Positions 1 to 9,248 of a stretch of DNA of 32,000 nt are shown piece by piece (position 1 is the stretch's first letter; each line of letters opens with the position of its first letter). The notes beneath the pieces are model-generated. The model was not told the DNA's origin and searched no databases. It saw only the letters and a list, made by a program, of their open reading frames with translations. The DNA lies in NCBI GenBank assembly GCA_025839675.1, contig CP104013.1:2790001-2822000 (forward strand), written 5' to 3'. The position numbers were made by a program, and so were the translations under genes. Origin of the DNA: Candidatus Lokiarchaeum ossiferum. Lineage in GTDB: Archaea > Asgardarchaeota > Lokiarchaeia > Sigyniarchaeales > Promethearchaeaceae.

Positions 1-784
1 ATTCATCAATTTCAACGCCCCAAATTTGATCAAGTAATTGGGTATGACTCAAGGATATAGAGCTTGCTTGTCCTAGTTTTTTTTTTTGATCATATGCTTT
101 TCTGAGAAGTGTTCCACAGCCACAAGCAGGATCAAGAATAATATCATCCGGCTTTCGAATGCAAAGTTCAGCCATTAATTCAGCGATATCCCTAGGTGTA
201 TAAATTTGGCCTAATGCTTTCCTATTTTTGATGGGAATTAGTTTTTGAAAGAGTTCGGCGATAAAATCATCACTTAATTGAGTGATGTCAAAAGTTGTGA
301 AATGATTGATAAATGTAATTAAACTTGATTCTAAACCCTCTGGAAATGTATAACCGCGATCCCAATTGTTTTCATGGAAAATAGGGGCAAATTCATATTC
401 AGAACTCATCTGGGCAAAATTTTTTTGTAATTGAATCGAAAAAGGGACCAATAAGCTCGGATCATACAATTTAGAGATCGATCTTCCGAACTGGTGATAA
501 ATTTGAGACCGAATGACATAATAACTAAAAATTTTGTTCAAAATCAGATAAGTCGCTTGAATTGCATGTTTTTCAAGGATATCTTCATGAAACTCGGAGT
601 TTTTGGTAGATTTCAGAGAAGCGGGAGATGTATTATTTTTTAAAAAGGCTTGAAAATGGAAATTAGTTTCTTTAAAAATTCGATGATAAAAATGCAAAAA
701 TTCTTCTTTATTAATTTGGGGAATACTCGCTAATTTTTCCCTCTGTATTTGAAAAGAGGATTTTACACTATTTTTCATCACCAT
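1..784 (-). CDS. N6-adenine DNA methyltransferase, N-terminal part (gene continues beyond the left edge of the window)
   Basis: Absent from the ORF track because it is edge-truncated. Hand translation of the minus strand from ATG at 784-782 gives an unbroken 261-codon frame to position 1. It contains GQIYTPRDIAELMAEL followed by DIILDPACGCGTLL (AdoMet-binding motif I, DPACGxG) and then IWGVEIDE. This order is typical of HsdM/Eco57I-type gamma-class N6 methylases. Confidence 0.8.
   Translation of the reverse strand, partial: MVMKNSVKSSFQIQREKLASIPQINKEEFLHFYHRIFKETNFHFQAFLKNNTSPASLKSTKNSEFHEDILEKHAIQATYLILNKIFSYYVIRSQIYHQFGRSISKLYDPSLLVPFSIQLQKNFAQMSSEYEFAPIFHENNWDRGYTFPEGLESSLITFINHFTTFDITQLSDDFIAELFQKLIPIKNRKALGQIYTPRDIAELMAELCIRKPDDIILDPACGCGTLLRKAYDQKKKLGQASSISLSHTQLLDQIWGVEIDE
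77..87 (-). repeat. T11 (A11 on coding strand) homopolymer inside the methyltransferase gene
   Basis: Counted directly. On the minus strand it reads CAA AAA AAA AAA CTA (QKKKL), 8 codons after motif I. Confidence 0.95.
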
Positions 785-804
785 TTTTTCAAAATCAACC
801 CGTA

Positions 805-858
805 GATCACTTGATAATAAAATCAGTGATCTTAATATCGTTCATAACATAACGATAT
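805..858. promoter_or_regulatory. two adjacent inverted repeats just upstream of the methyltransferase start codon
   Basis: The repeats are GATCACT-n13-AGTGATC (805-831) and ATATCGTT-n8-AACGATAT (835-858), lying 21-74 nt upstream of the ATG at 784. Their function (operator or RNA hairpin) is unknown. Confidence 0.3.
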
Positions 859-1036
859 GATCCAATAAGAGTTTTTAAAGTAAAAAAATATGCCGACAAA
901 AAGCCCGAAGGTGAAAATAGGGAGAAAAAAAAGATCTTAATACACTCCCCGAAATTATTGTCGGTAAGCAAGGATCCTATACGGGTTAATACCTAAGATT
1001 GTATTTGCTTGGAAAAAATGTACTCAATCTGTGTTT

Positions 1037-1372
1037 TTAAATTTGGGAATAGAGATCTTCGAGCCAATATTCTGCGATGGTCGCTATCTTCTTCATTGTA
1101 ACATTTTGATGGTTTGAATCTATCTTTTCTTCGAGAGATCTTTGCAAAGATGTAACCATTTTATGAATTTCATCATGCCGCGCCCGATCTTTAGCAAGGA
1201 ATAATGTGGATAGTTTGCGATGATTTCGTTCTTCCCAATGATTTAATACACTTTCCCCTGATTGTCGAATAAATTTGAGATCAATTCCCGTGATCTCACC
1301 AATACGTTCCACCATTTGATTGAACTTCTCATGGCGATTTTCAGATCCAATAAATTGATTTTTAGTAACCAT
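1037..1372 (-). CDS. hypothetical small alpha-helical protein (111 aa)
   Basis: ATG-initiated ORF with charged, helix-like composition and no recognised motif. It lies co-directionally between the metallophosphoesterase and methyltransferase genes. The overlapping ORFs 1243-1485(-) and 1262-1456(+) look like shadow frames. Confidence 0.5.
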   Translation of the reverse strand: MVTKNQFIGSENRHEKFNQMVERIGEITGIDLKFIRQSGESVLNHWEERNHRKLSTLFLAKDRARHDEIHKMVTSLQRSLEEKIDSNHQNVTMKKIATIAEYWLEDLYSQI

Positions 1373-1520
1373 TGTGTCACACTTCCAATATTATTGATTT
1401 TATGCGAGCAGAAGGCAAAAAAGGTATGCAATAATGTAGGGAAAAAGAAATCATAAAAATCGATATAAATCATTAAAGTTTTCAAGGAAAATGAATAGAA
1501 TTATAGATGAAAAAATAGAA

Positions 1521-2198
1521 TTATTCAGTTTCTGAAACCAAACTGACTTCACAAGAGTTCAAATCAATAAGAACTCCTTCTAGTTTTCCTTCTTGACATG
1601 TTCCACTGTTGGTATAGATTTTGGATCCGAATTCTTCTTTTGTAAGGTAATGGCTATGAGCACAAACTACAATGTCATATCCTTTATCCAACAGATTTTT
1701 TCCATAATCCATCACCTTTTGTCGAGTTCCCTTGTTTAAATAATACTTGTGAGCGAAAAAATTGTCAATATTCGGAAAAATGAGTTCAATTTTTCCTATA
1801 ATCCAACAAAAAAATCGTCCAATTTTATTTTTGAGATGTTTTTCATTTTTAAATCCATGAGTGATGCAAATTTTCTTCCCATTATTAGTAGTGAGAGAAA
1901 CTTTAAAGGCACCACCTAATGTATAGTCATGATTTCCACAGATTTTTATGACTCTCGAGTCATAATCCATAAATTTTATGATTGTTGGATGAGCATTGAT
2001 GATTTCAGCCATTTTTACTTGCCATAATTCATAAATATCTCCATTAATGTAGATATTTTGAGGGGAATATTTTTCCATAAAAGCAATTAGGCGATTTTCT
2101 CTTTCTAGACTGTTCGATTTAAGACTAAAATCATCTAATTTTGATCCATCAGCTAAATGGAAGTCAGAAACAATCAAGATTTGATCAGAATTGGACAT
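1521..2198 (-). CDS. calcineurin-like metallophosphoesterase (LpxH-like family)
   Basis: Ordered metallophosphoesterase motifs are present: VSDFHLADG (DxH), IYINGDIYELW (GD), ICGNHDY (GNHD), ITHGF (H) and VVCAHSHY (xHxH). The track ORF starts at a TTG (2252). I prefer the internal ATG at 2198 (MSNSDQILIVSDFHL). Confidence 0.8.
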   Translation of the reverse strand: MSNSDQILIVSDFHLADGSKLDDFSLKSNSLERENRLIAFMEKYSPQNIYINGDIYELWQVKMAEIINAHPTIIKFMDYDSRVIKICGNHDYTLGGAFKVSLTTNNGKKICITHGFKNEKHLKNKIGRFFCWIIGKIELIFPNIDNFFAHKYYLNKGTRQKVMDYGKNLLDKGYDIVVCAHSHYLTKEEFGSKIYTNSGTCQEGKLEGVLIDLNSCEVSLVSETE

Positions 2199-2272
2199 AC
2201 ATAGATGTTCGTTTTTTAACTTAAATGTATTGGGAAACCAAAAATCTATCAAAAAATGAAATATGAAAAAAA

Positions 2273-2971
2273 CTATTTCTCTTTAACAAGAAATCCTCGT
2301 AATATTTCAATTAATCCAATATTCAATGAAACTTGTCCAATGATTTCGAGGATAATACCAATATCACCAGCAACATTTCCAAATAGGAAGAGTAAAATAC
2401 CAACAATAATAAATATCATACCGATTGAGAAAAGTCGTAATTGTTTTCTAACGCGAGTATCACCCGCTTTTTTGACTAATAGTATGAATTTAATTAAAAC
2501 ATAAAACGCAATAGCTAAGCGGTATATTGAAATGTAAATTAAAAGACCGGGCTCAGTATGAGTATTTACTTCCCCAAGAGCATAATTTTCAGAATCAACA
2601 GTTGGTGTCCAAATAAAATATCCAAAAATTGATGAGAGAAATAGACTAAAAGTAATAAAAAGGAATTTCGGAGACATGGCTTTCTTTTCTGAAAATTCAA
2701 GTATAAATTCAGTCATTAACAAGCAAGCCAGACATAAATTGAGCAAAATATTTGTTGTAACCATGATATAAATGACCCAATCTGAGCTATTCAAAATTAA
2801 ATGATAGAGAACATACCCAAAGAAGCCTAAAGATGCAAAAGTAAAGAATAATGCAAAGAACCTATTTAACCAATAGTCCGGATTTTTTTTAATTTCAAGA
2901 TATGCACTAATAACACCAACAAACACCAAGATAACAGCGAGTACGATTTTGGTTACAGTGAGGGGCTCCAT
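2273..2971 (-). CDS. hypothetical integral membrane protein, about 7 TM segments
   Basis: 232-aa ATG ORF made almost entirely of seven hydrophobic stretches separated by short polar loops. No catalytic motif was recognised. Confidence 0.65.
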   Translation of the reverse strand: MEPLTVTKIVLAVILVFVGVISAYLEIKKNPDYWLNRFFALFFTFASLGFFGYVLYHLILNSSDWVIYIMVTTNILLNLCLACLLMTEFILEFSEKKAMSPKFLFITFSLFLSSIFGYFIWTPTVDSENYALGEVNTHTEPGLLIYISIYRLAIAFYVLIKFILLVKKAGDTRVRKQLRLFSIGMIFIIVGILLFLFGNVAGDIGIILEIIGQVSLNIGLIEILRGFLVKEK

Positions 2972-3152
2972 GGTTGTCTTATGAGCGAAGAACCTAAAAA
3001 TATTGTGCGAAGAAATCTTTGTGATCAGAAAAATTTCGGGAGTGCAAAAAATATTTCAAAAGATTACAGGATAAAAATCATTTTTCCAGTAAAAGAAGAC
3101 AATTATATTTGCAGATAGAGAAAAAAATAGTAAAAATTTGTTTGAATGAAGA

Positions 3153-5588
3153 TTAAATCTTTTTAATTTCCTCAAACAAACGATTTGAAGCAGCACTTAA
3201 TTCTTCGGCGGCAGCAGTCATTTCTTCCAAAGTAGAAGCCATTTCTTCGGTTGAGGAGGAAAGTTCTTCAGCCGTACTTGAGCTTTCTTCAATCACACCA
3301 TTAATATTTTCCACATTAGTTACAATTTGGGTGATTTGATTGTCTTGGGTATTAACATTAACGATTGTATCCCGAATACCAACATCAGTTTCATTGATCA
3401 CCGTAAATAGAGCATCCAACTGCAATTTTGTTTGGTCAATTGCAGTGAATCCTTGTTTAGCAGAATCAACCGTTAAATCCGTGGCACTCACTGCATCTTG
3501 TACTTCTTTTTGGATCATATTTATTAATTCATTGATTTGATCTGCAGCTTGTTTGGAATCTTCGGCAAGTTTTCGCACTTGTTCAGCCACAACAGCAAAA
3601 CCTTTACCCGCATCTCCAGCACGAGCTGCCTCAATTGCAGCATTCAAAGCAAGTAAGTTTGTTTCTGTAGCAATCCCAGAGATCACATCTACAATTTTAT
3701 TGATTTCTTTACTTTTTTGAGATAAGGATCCCATCGTTTTAGAAACTCGTTCGGCACCGTCGTTAATCTCTTGAATCCGGAGTAGTAAATCATCAGTTAA
3801 AGCTTTTCCCTTTTTAGCCATACTTTGGCCTTCTTTGGATTTCATCGCAATATCTTCGGTACGAATAACGATTTTATCACTCAAGCCTTTTATTTGAGTT
3901 ACAGCATCAGATATCTGCATGACTTGTTGGGATTGACTTTGAGCACCTCGAGCAACTTCTTGGGATCCCCCAGTTACTTCTTGAACCGAAATATTAATTT
4001 GATTCGAAGATTCAGAGATCTGTTCTGCCATGGAATTAACTTCACTAGCGATTGTTTCAACATTTTCAATTAGGCCTCGAATGGTAGTCATATCAACAAA
4101 TGTGGTGAGATTTCCAAGGGGAGTACCGTTTGACGAATAGAGAGATTTAACAAAATTACTCACAATGATTTTTTTATTTTTAGCATTAGCAAGTTCATAT
4201 TCAAAATCAGAAAAGCCTCCATCTCGCTTAAATAATTGAACTGCTTCATCACATCGTTTTGAATCCACAAAAAATACATCAGGATTACGACCTAAAACAT
4301 CTTTTTCTTCGAATCCGGTCAATTCAAGGAAGGATTTTCCTACCATAGTTATCGCCAAGTTCTCATCCATCACCACCAAGGGAGATGAAGAAGAATCGAC
4401 TATGCTTTTATTCATATCGATAAGAATTTTGGTTTTACTAACCATTTCTTGTATATTTTGAGTAAGACCAACTATTTCGGTATCATTTGATTTGCTATAG
4501 ATTTCTGTGTCATAACTGCCCTTGGCAACTTCTTTTGCTTGAGATTGCAATTGTTCAATTGGGTTACTAATTGTTTTTGAGATGAAGAAGATTAGAAGAC
4601 CTAAAGCAACAACTCCAACAAACATTATAATTAAAGTGATGATTAGAAGGGAAGAAACAGCACCCAAGATTTGACTTCGAGGAAGGACGAAAGCAATGGA
4701 TCCATCAATTAAAGATATTGGCTTATACACTACAATAAAGCTGCCATAATCCAATGAACCAGATTTAGCACCCTTCATTTCAGTTAAAATTGTTGTTAAA
4801 GCCGCTTTATCGGTAGTATCTTGATCAATTAAATTATCTGTATTAAAGTATTCCCCTTCATCATAAGTCGCTGCAAAGGTGACTTCAACATTATCATGGG
4901 CTAAAATCGCACCCATTTTATTATCCAAGAGAAAAGCATAACCTCCATCCATCGTCCCACTAAGAGCTTTTATCTCAGTTTGTAAATATCCAATATCAAC
5001 ATCCAAACCTGCGACACCAATAATTGTATCCCCATCATATATCGGAATTGTGGCGGACATATATAAGAAATCGAGCACAGGATCGTAGTCCGGTTGTGTC
5101 CAAGTGAAATTTTGAGCGGTGATTGCTGTCTCATAGTACAGAGACCCATCATAATCGGCATATGAATAATATTCCAACACAACTGCCCCATCTCCATCAA
5201 GATATGCCAACGGCATATATTCAGAAGTAGTTGCCCCCGCTGTTTCATTCCAAGCCATATTCGGTTCAAAAGCCACCCATGCATCATAAAGCCAAATATT
5301 TGCAAGCACTAATTCGCCTAAATAAGCTTGGGTACTTTCCATAAAAGTAGCTTTATTGATTTCCAAATCTTTTTCAACTTGTTTCCCAAGTGATCGAACG
5401 ATATGTTCATATCTCTCAAATTGTTGATTAAATCCTGAAACATATTCACCAACTTGCATTTCAGCGACTTCCACAACTTTGGTTTTATATTTCGGTTGGA
5501 TGTAGAGGTATGAGATCAACCCACTTGCCACTAACGCTATCAATGCAGGAACAAGAATAAATAACAACATACGTTTCTGTAAATTCAT
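3153..5588 (-). CDS. methyl-accepting chemotaxis protein (TM - Cache-like sensor - TM - HAMP - PAS - MCP signalling domain)
   Basis: The C-terminal domain carries the near-invariant hairpin-tip sequence [35 protein letters not shown]. There are two TM segments ([23 protein letters not shown] and [23 protein letters not shown]) flanking a ~280-aa aromatic/Asp-rich extracytoplasmic domain. A PAS-like block ([33 protein letters not shown]) follows. The track start at 5624 is GTG, and the ATG at 5588 ([12 protein letters not shown]) is the likely start. Confidence 0.9.
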   Translation of the reverse strand: MNLQKRMLLFILVPALIALVASGLISYLYIQPKYKTKVVEVAEMQVGEYVSGFNQQFERYEHIVRSLGKQVEKDLEINKATFMESTQAYLGELVLANIWLYDAWVAFEPNMAWNETAGATTSEYMPLAYLDGDGAVVLEYYSYADYDGSLYYETAITAQNFTWTQPDYDPVLDFLYMSATIPIYDGDTIIGVAGLDVDIGYLQTEIKALSGTMDGGYAFLLDNKMGAILAHDNVEVTFAATYDEGEYFNTDNLIDQDTTDKAALTTILTEMKGAKSGSLDYGSFIVVYKPISLIDGSIAFVLPRSQILGAVSSLLIITLIIMFVGVVALGLLIFFISKTISNPIEQLQSQAKEVAKGSYDTEIYSKSNDTEIVGLTQNIQEMVSKTKILIDMNKSIVDSSSSPLVVMDENLAITMVGKSFLELTGFEEKDVLGRNPDVFFVDSKRCDEAVQLFKRDGGFSDFEYELANAKNKKIIVSNFVKSLYSSNGTPLGNLTTFVDMTTIRGLIENVETIASEVNSMAEQISESSNQINISVQEVTGGSQEVARGAQSQSQQVMQISDAVTQIKGLSDKIVIRTEDIAMKSKEGQSMAKKGKALTDDLLLRIQEINDGAERVSKTMGSLSQKSKEINKIVDVISGIATETNLLALNAAIEAARAGDAGKGFAVVAEQVRKLAEDSKQAADQINELINMIQKEVQDAVSATDLTVDSAKQGFTAIDQTKLQLDALFTVINETDVGIRDTIVNVNTQDNQITQIVTNVENINGVIEESSSTAEELSSSTEEMASTLEEMTAAAEELSAASNRLFEEIKKI

Positions 5589-5958
5589 CTTTAGTAGATT
5601 CTGATTTTTTACCAATTTTTTCACCTAAAATATCTCCAAGCAAAATTCACCCTTTTCACTAAATATATTGTTGCATTGATAACAATTCTTAGAAAAAATA
5701 TGAAATCTGTAAATAAAATTACGAATAAGTAAATTCAAATCTAATTTAACATTCTTTAAATCGTATTCAATCGATATGATGTGATATTAGCAACAACAAA
5801 ACAAGATCAAAAAGTCTTGATTATTTACGTATCTTATAAATAGAATCTTTTATGGATCCCCTTTTTTTTATCAAGATACTATTTCTGGGAAATAAATCTA
5901 AACCATAGCTTTTTGGACAAGCATGAATTGTATCATAAGTAGGAGTTGCTCATAAAAC

Positions 5959-7308
5959 TTGATTAACTATTTCTTGCTGGGTATAACAATTGGTCTCTTC
6001 ATTATCATCTTAATTGTTTTTAGCCGTGAGAAGATGGATTATGTGGGATATTCGCTAATTTGTGCCTTAATTGCTTGTATATTGACGGCCTTCATGATTC
6101 CTATAGAACAAGTCGCGGATACACTAGATTGGATAGATCCAACCAAAACATCTAGTCTCACATGGATTCAAGTATTTGTGAACATGATAGAATTCAAACC
6201 TCTTATGTTCATTATGGGCATGCAAATGATAGTTACCATTTCAGAACGTTATAAAATATTTCAATGGGTGGCGGTGAAGACCCTTCATATCACTAAAGGA
6301 AATTACCGACTTTTTTTTTATACCATTTGTACCATCGCGACTATTGTCGCTGCAGTAATAGCCGATGTCACAGTCGCCGTGATATTTGTCCCCTTGGTGA
6401 TTCGAGCATGCCGGATATTAAAAATCAATCCAGTTCCCTTTCTCTATGGTATCAGCATCACAATTAATATTGGTTCCGTCCTGACCCCCTTTTCTTCCTC
6501 GAAAAACATTCTCATTTCATCTGAATTTGGATTAAGTTTCGGGTGGTTTTTAGGAAATATGGGCCTATTTATAATTTTTAGCCTTATATCCACACTAATA
6601 TTGCTTGATCTATTAGTACTCCGAAAATATGATGCACCTACAGAGCGAAACCGGACAGTGTTTTTGGAAATCATGAATCCCAGCTTAGTTATTGCAGATC
6701 GCAAACGTTTTATCTTCAATGGAATTTATTTTTGTATCATTATTTTAGGCTTCATGCTATTTTCAGATTACTCATCAATAATTGCCTTTTTTGGAGCTAT
6801 TTTAATGGGGATTTTAAATGGAGAACCTTTTATTCAAGTTATCAAGGAAATTGATTTGAAGGTTATATTCTTTTTCATTGCACTATTTCTTTTGATAGGG
6901 GCCATGGAAATAAATAATGCATTCAGCTTAATCTCCACAGGACTCTCTGTCTTTGATTTAAATAATACTTATGTGGTAGCCTTAGGAGTTCTTTTAATTT
7001 CGAGTTTCTTCTCAGGCTTTTTAGCCAGTAATCCAACAGCAGTCTTTTTAATCATCGTGTTACGGAGTGTGTTTCCAGGTGAAGTTCCAAGTGTCATTTT
7101 GATAGCCTTCTTATTTGGAATCAATTTGGGAGGTAATTTACTACCTCAAGGAGCAACGTGTGATTTGATGACACTTAATTTAGCAAAAAAAAATAACGTC
7201 GAGGGATTCACATACAATTCTCTTTTGAAAACGGGAGGATTATTCGCCATGTTGCATATTATTATGTGTATAATTTACCTAACACTATATTTTCTCATTA
7301 TTGGATAA
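5959..7308 (+). CDS. ion transporter superfamily permease (ArsB/NhaD/CitMHS-like)
   Basis: 449-aa polytopic protein with two re-entrant-loop-like motifs typical of this superfamily: NIGSVLTPFSSSKNILIS and GINLGGNLLPQGATCDLM. The start is TTG at 5959, and the first in-frame ATG would remove the first TM segment. Confidence 0.7.
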   Translation: MINYFLLGITIGLFIIILIVFSREKMDYVGYSLICALIACILTAFMIPIEQVADTLDWIDPTKTSSLTWIQVFVNMIEFKPLMFIMGMQMIVTISERYKIFQWVAVKTLHITKGNYRLFFYTICTIATIVAAVIADVTVAVIFVPLVIRACRILKINPVPFLYGISITINIGSVLTPFSSSKNILISSEFGLSFGWFLGNMGLFIIFSLISTLILLDLLVLRKYDAPTERNRTVFLEIMNPSLVIADRKRFIFNGIYFCIIILGFMLFSDYSSIIAFFGAILMGILNGEPFIQVIKEIDLKVIFFFIALFLLIGAMEINNAFSLISTGLSVFDLNNTYVVALGVLLISSFFSGFLASNPTAVFLIIVLRSVFPGEVPSVILIAFLFGINLGGNLLPQGATCDLMTLNLAKKNNVEGFTYNSLLKTGGLFAMLHIIMCIIYLTLYFLIIG

Positions 7309-7373
7309 AAAATCGAGAAATCAATAAGAGTTGTTTTCTGAGAGTTTTTGTCTGATGTGGTTTTGAGGTACAT

Positions 7374-7832
7374 ATGATTCGACCCATGGAAATTTCCGAT
7401 CTTCCAACAATAACCCATATTTTCAAACAGGCCAATCCGAAAACAACTGCGGAAGCTATTCACAAATATACTCTCCCGGTTCTCCAAGAATTTCCTCAAT
7501 TTTGCTGGATAGTTGTTCATTCTGAAGGAACAAAAATTGTGGGTGGAATCACCGGAATTATCCAAAAGGATCGATCTGCAGGTTATATCATGGATATTGC
7601 GGTGGAATCTTCATATCATCATCAAAATTTTGGGCATTTATTGATGGCGAGAGAATTGAAGGCTTTTGATGAAGCGAATGTATCTTCAGTGGAATTGGAA
7701 ATCCACTATCTCAATGCCAAAGTCATTCCCTTCTATTATCGATATGGATTTCGACTCCAAAAAATCAAGAAAGATGAATATGGATCCGGTCAAGATGCAA
7801 TTGAAATGAATAAAACTTTCAAAGTTAATTAG
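7374..7832 (+). CDS. GNAT-family N-acetyltransferase
   Basis: 152 aa. It starts MIRPMEISDLPTITHIF, has the core IMDIAVESSYHHQNFGHLLMARELKAF (a degenerate acetyl-CoA motif A) and a C-terminal FYYRYGF. Size and layout fit RimI-like GNAT enzymes. Confidence 0.75.
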   Translation: MIRPMEISDLPTITHIFKQANPKTTAEAIHKYTLPVLQEFPQFCWIVVHSEGTKIVGGITGIIQKDRSAGYIMDIAVESSYHHQNFGHLLMARELKAFDEANVSSVELEIHYLNAKVIPFYYRYGFRLQKIKKDEYGSGQDAIEMNKTFKVN

Positions 7833-7833
7833 A

Positions 7834-7851
7834 TTTTTTTGAATTTTTTTT
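7834..7851 (+). terminator. oligo-T tracts (T7 then T8) immediately after the GNAT stop codon
   Basis: The sequence tag-a-ttttttt-gaa-tttttttt follows the stop directly. Archaeal termination commonly uses oligo-T runs. Confidence 0.4.
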
Positions 7852-7957
7852 AACTAGATTTAAGCGGGATTTCTTTAATATGGCACAGAGCAAGTGCAAT
7901 TTAATAAGGCGGAATTTTTTATAACCGTGTTTTCACTTTGTATATGGAGAACTTGAA

Positions 7958-8431
7958 ATGGAAAATATTCAACTTTTAGCAAATAAAGAAGATCAAATCA
8001 GTCGATTGATCAAATCCATTTCAAATTTTAATGATAGTTTAGAAGAAGTAGAGATAATTGAACTTTCATCTTTAGTGGCAAGTTATTCTAAACAACTTAA
8101 TCGATCTTTAAAGGATTATGCAATAATTAGTTATCAAAACGAACCACGACGAAAAATTGCCACGAAAGCGAAAATTAACTTTGCATATCACATTCTCTCA
8201 TTACTCACCAAAATCATTCGCCTCTTTGAACAGACACAAGCAATATCGGGTGAAATCGAAATTAATTTTCAAACTTTGATTGAGATCATTGATCAAAAAG
8301 AAGCACTTCTTATCAGTTCTTATGAAGAAGCTGCTTTAAAGGAGCTAGAATCGTTTTATAACCCCGAAATTCGAGATAAATTGCAGAGTGAACTTGAAAA
8401 ACGCATTTCCAAGAAATACCCCTCTTCTTGA
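7958..8431 (+). CDS. hypothetical all-alpha protein (157 aa)
   Basis: ATG ORF preceded by GGAG about 12 nt upstream. It is rich in heptad-like charged helices. No motif was recognised. Confidence 0.5.
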   Translation: MENIQLLANKEDQISRLIKSISNFNDSLEEVEIIELSSLVASYSKQLNRSLKDYAIISYQNEPRRKIATKAKINFAYHILSLLTKIIRLFEQTQAISGEIEINFQTLIEIIDQKEALLISSYEEAALKELESFYNPEIRDKLQSELEKRISKKYPSS

Positions 8432-8502
8432 TATAATAATAGAAATAAAAAATTTAGGGAATATTTTGCCAAAAAAAGGGTTTTTGAGCCAATCAAGAAA
8501 GC

Positions 8503-8730
8503 CTAATTTAGCGAATTTAAACCAATATTAAATGCATGAGTAATAGTACGCTCATCTCCATGAAATCTATCTAAATTCCGTTCACTTTCTTGAGGGACAT
8601 CAGGATGGTGAGTTTGGATATGTGTATTTTTTGATCTTTTGTCCAATATCCATGAAATTAAAAGACTCAATGAAAAAACTGTAACAACGACAATCATACC
8701 TATTGAAAATCCGTTTAAATCTTCCATCAT
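8503..8730 (-). CDS. hypothetical small single-pass membrane protein (75 aa)
   Basis: ATG ORF with one clear TM segment (FSIGMIVVVTVFSLSLLISWIL) followed by KRSK. This is weak evidence only. Confidence 0.35.
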   Translation of the reverse strand: MMEDLNGFSIGMIVVVTVFSLSLLISWILDKRSKNTHIQTHHPDVPQESERNLDRFHGDERTITHAFNIGLNSLN

Positions 8731-9081
8731 TATAATAGATTATAGAAATCTTAATGCAATAGAAAATGACCTATTGATACATTTGGATACATTTGGTTTT
8801 CTATTTCTAATTAAAGAATAATTTTTTGCACTAGTTTTGATAAATAATTGATGGATGCTGGAAAATCACACATCTATAAAATAATTATTGCTAAATTGAA
8901 AAAGGAGGTAAAATCATCCTTGTGCTCCATAGGATGATCTACCAAGGGATTTTTGTTGTCAGACAAAAATTGGTATTTTTGGATGGTGATAGATGCACAA
9001 AATGCACCCATTCCTAAAGATCTAGAGTAAATTCAACTATTTAAGTGATTCGTAAAGTTTCGTGTGTCTCGTTTGAGACAT

Positions 9082-9099
9082 AAAAAAAAAACCCCCCCC
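9082..9099. repeat. abutting homopolymers A10 then C8
   Basis: Read directly as taaaaaaaaaacccccccct. A 6-bp-stem hairpin, TGTCTC-gttt-GAGACA (9065-9080), lies immediately before it. A C8 run is striking in this AT-rich context. Confidence 0.95.
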
Positions 9100-9248
9100 T
9101 TCATTTTTGAACGTTATGTTTCGATCGGAACATGTGAGTTCATCAAATCCCAGCCCTTCAATCTAAAAGAAATCGAGTAACTTAAACAAAATTTAAAAGT
9201 TGTTTTTTGATATACTTTACTGTGAGCAACATATTAGAAAATGGTTCA

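Noticed and set aside
1037-1372. HEPN-like Rx4-6H match (DRARHDEIH) in the small protein next to the methyltransferase, suggesting a toxin or defence role
   Set aside because: A single short motif match in a His/Arg-rich helix is expected by chance, and there is no other supporting feature.
1243-1485. ORFs 1243-1485(-) and 1262-1456(+) overlapping the 111-aa gene and its upstream spacer
   Set aside because: They have low-complexity, Phe/Ile/Lys-rich AT-driven translations and overlap a better ATG-initiated ORF. They are typical shadow frames.
2199-2252. N-terminal extensions from TTG/GTG starts used by the ORF track (2252, 5624, 9207, 10257, 12239, 16616, 21863, 27817)
   Set aside because: In each case an in-frame ATG shortly downstream gives the N-terminus expected for the family, for example MPKIKLIS...IAAGEV for MutL. 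The extensions add odd, non-conserved-looking residues. Only the true start sites remain uncertain.
2256-2504. ORF 2256-2504(+) antisense to the 7-TM gene. The same applies to 6444-6719(-), 7275-7565(-), 8639-8821(+), 10912-11100(+), 13745-13930(+), 14785-14988(+), 15994-16236(+), 19888-20094(+), 20081-20341(-), 21113-21349(+), 21356-21625(+), 22456-22668(-), 26011-26223(+), 27078-27278(+) and 27439-27663(+)
   Set aside because: Each is embedded in or overlaps a longer ORF with recognisable family motifs or a coherent TM pattern. Their translations look compositionally random.
3340-5305. Antisense or alternative-frame ORFs inside the MCP gene (3340-3540+, 3825-4073+, 4970-5305-)
   Set aside because: They lie entirely within a gene whose frame is validated by strongly conserved MCP motifs, and no motifs of their own were seen.
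8822-9206. tRNA or other GC-rich structured RNA genes in the larger spacers (also 13020-13327, 21864-22419, 27818-28189)
   Set aside because: I found no GC-rich ~75-nt island and no GTTCGAATC/GTTCAAATC-type T-loop in a cloverleaf context. The ttcgaat and ttcaaat occurrences I checked lie in coding or AT-rich sequence.
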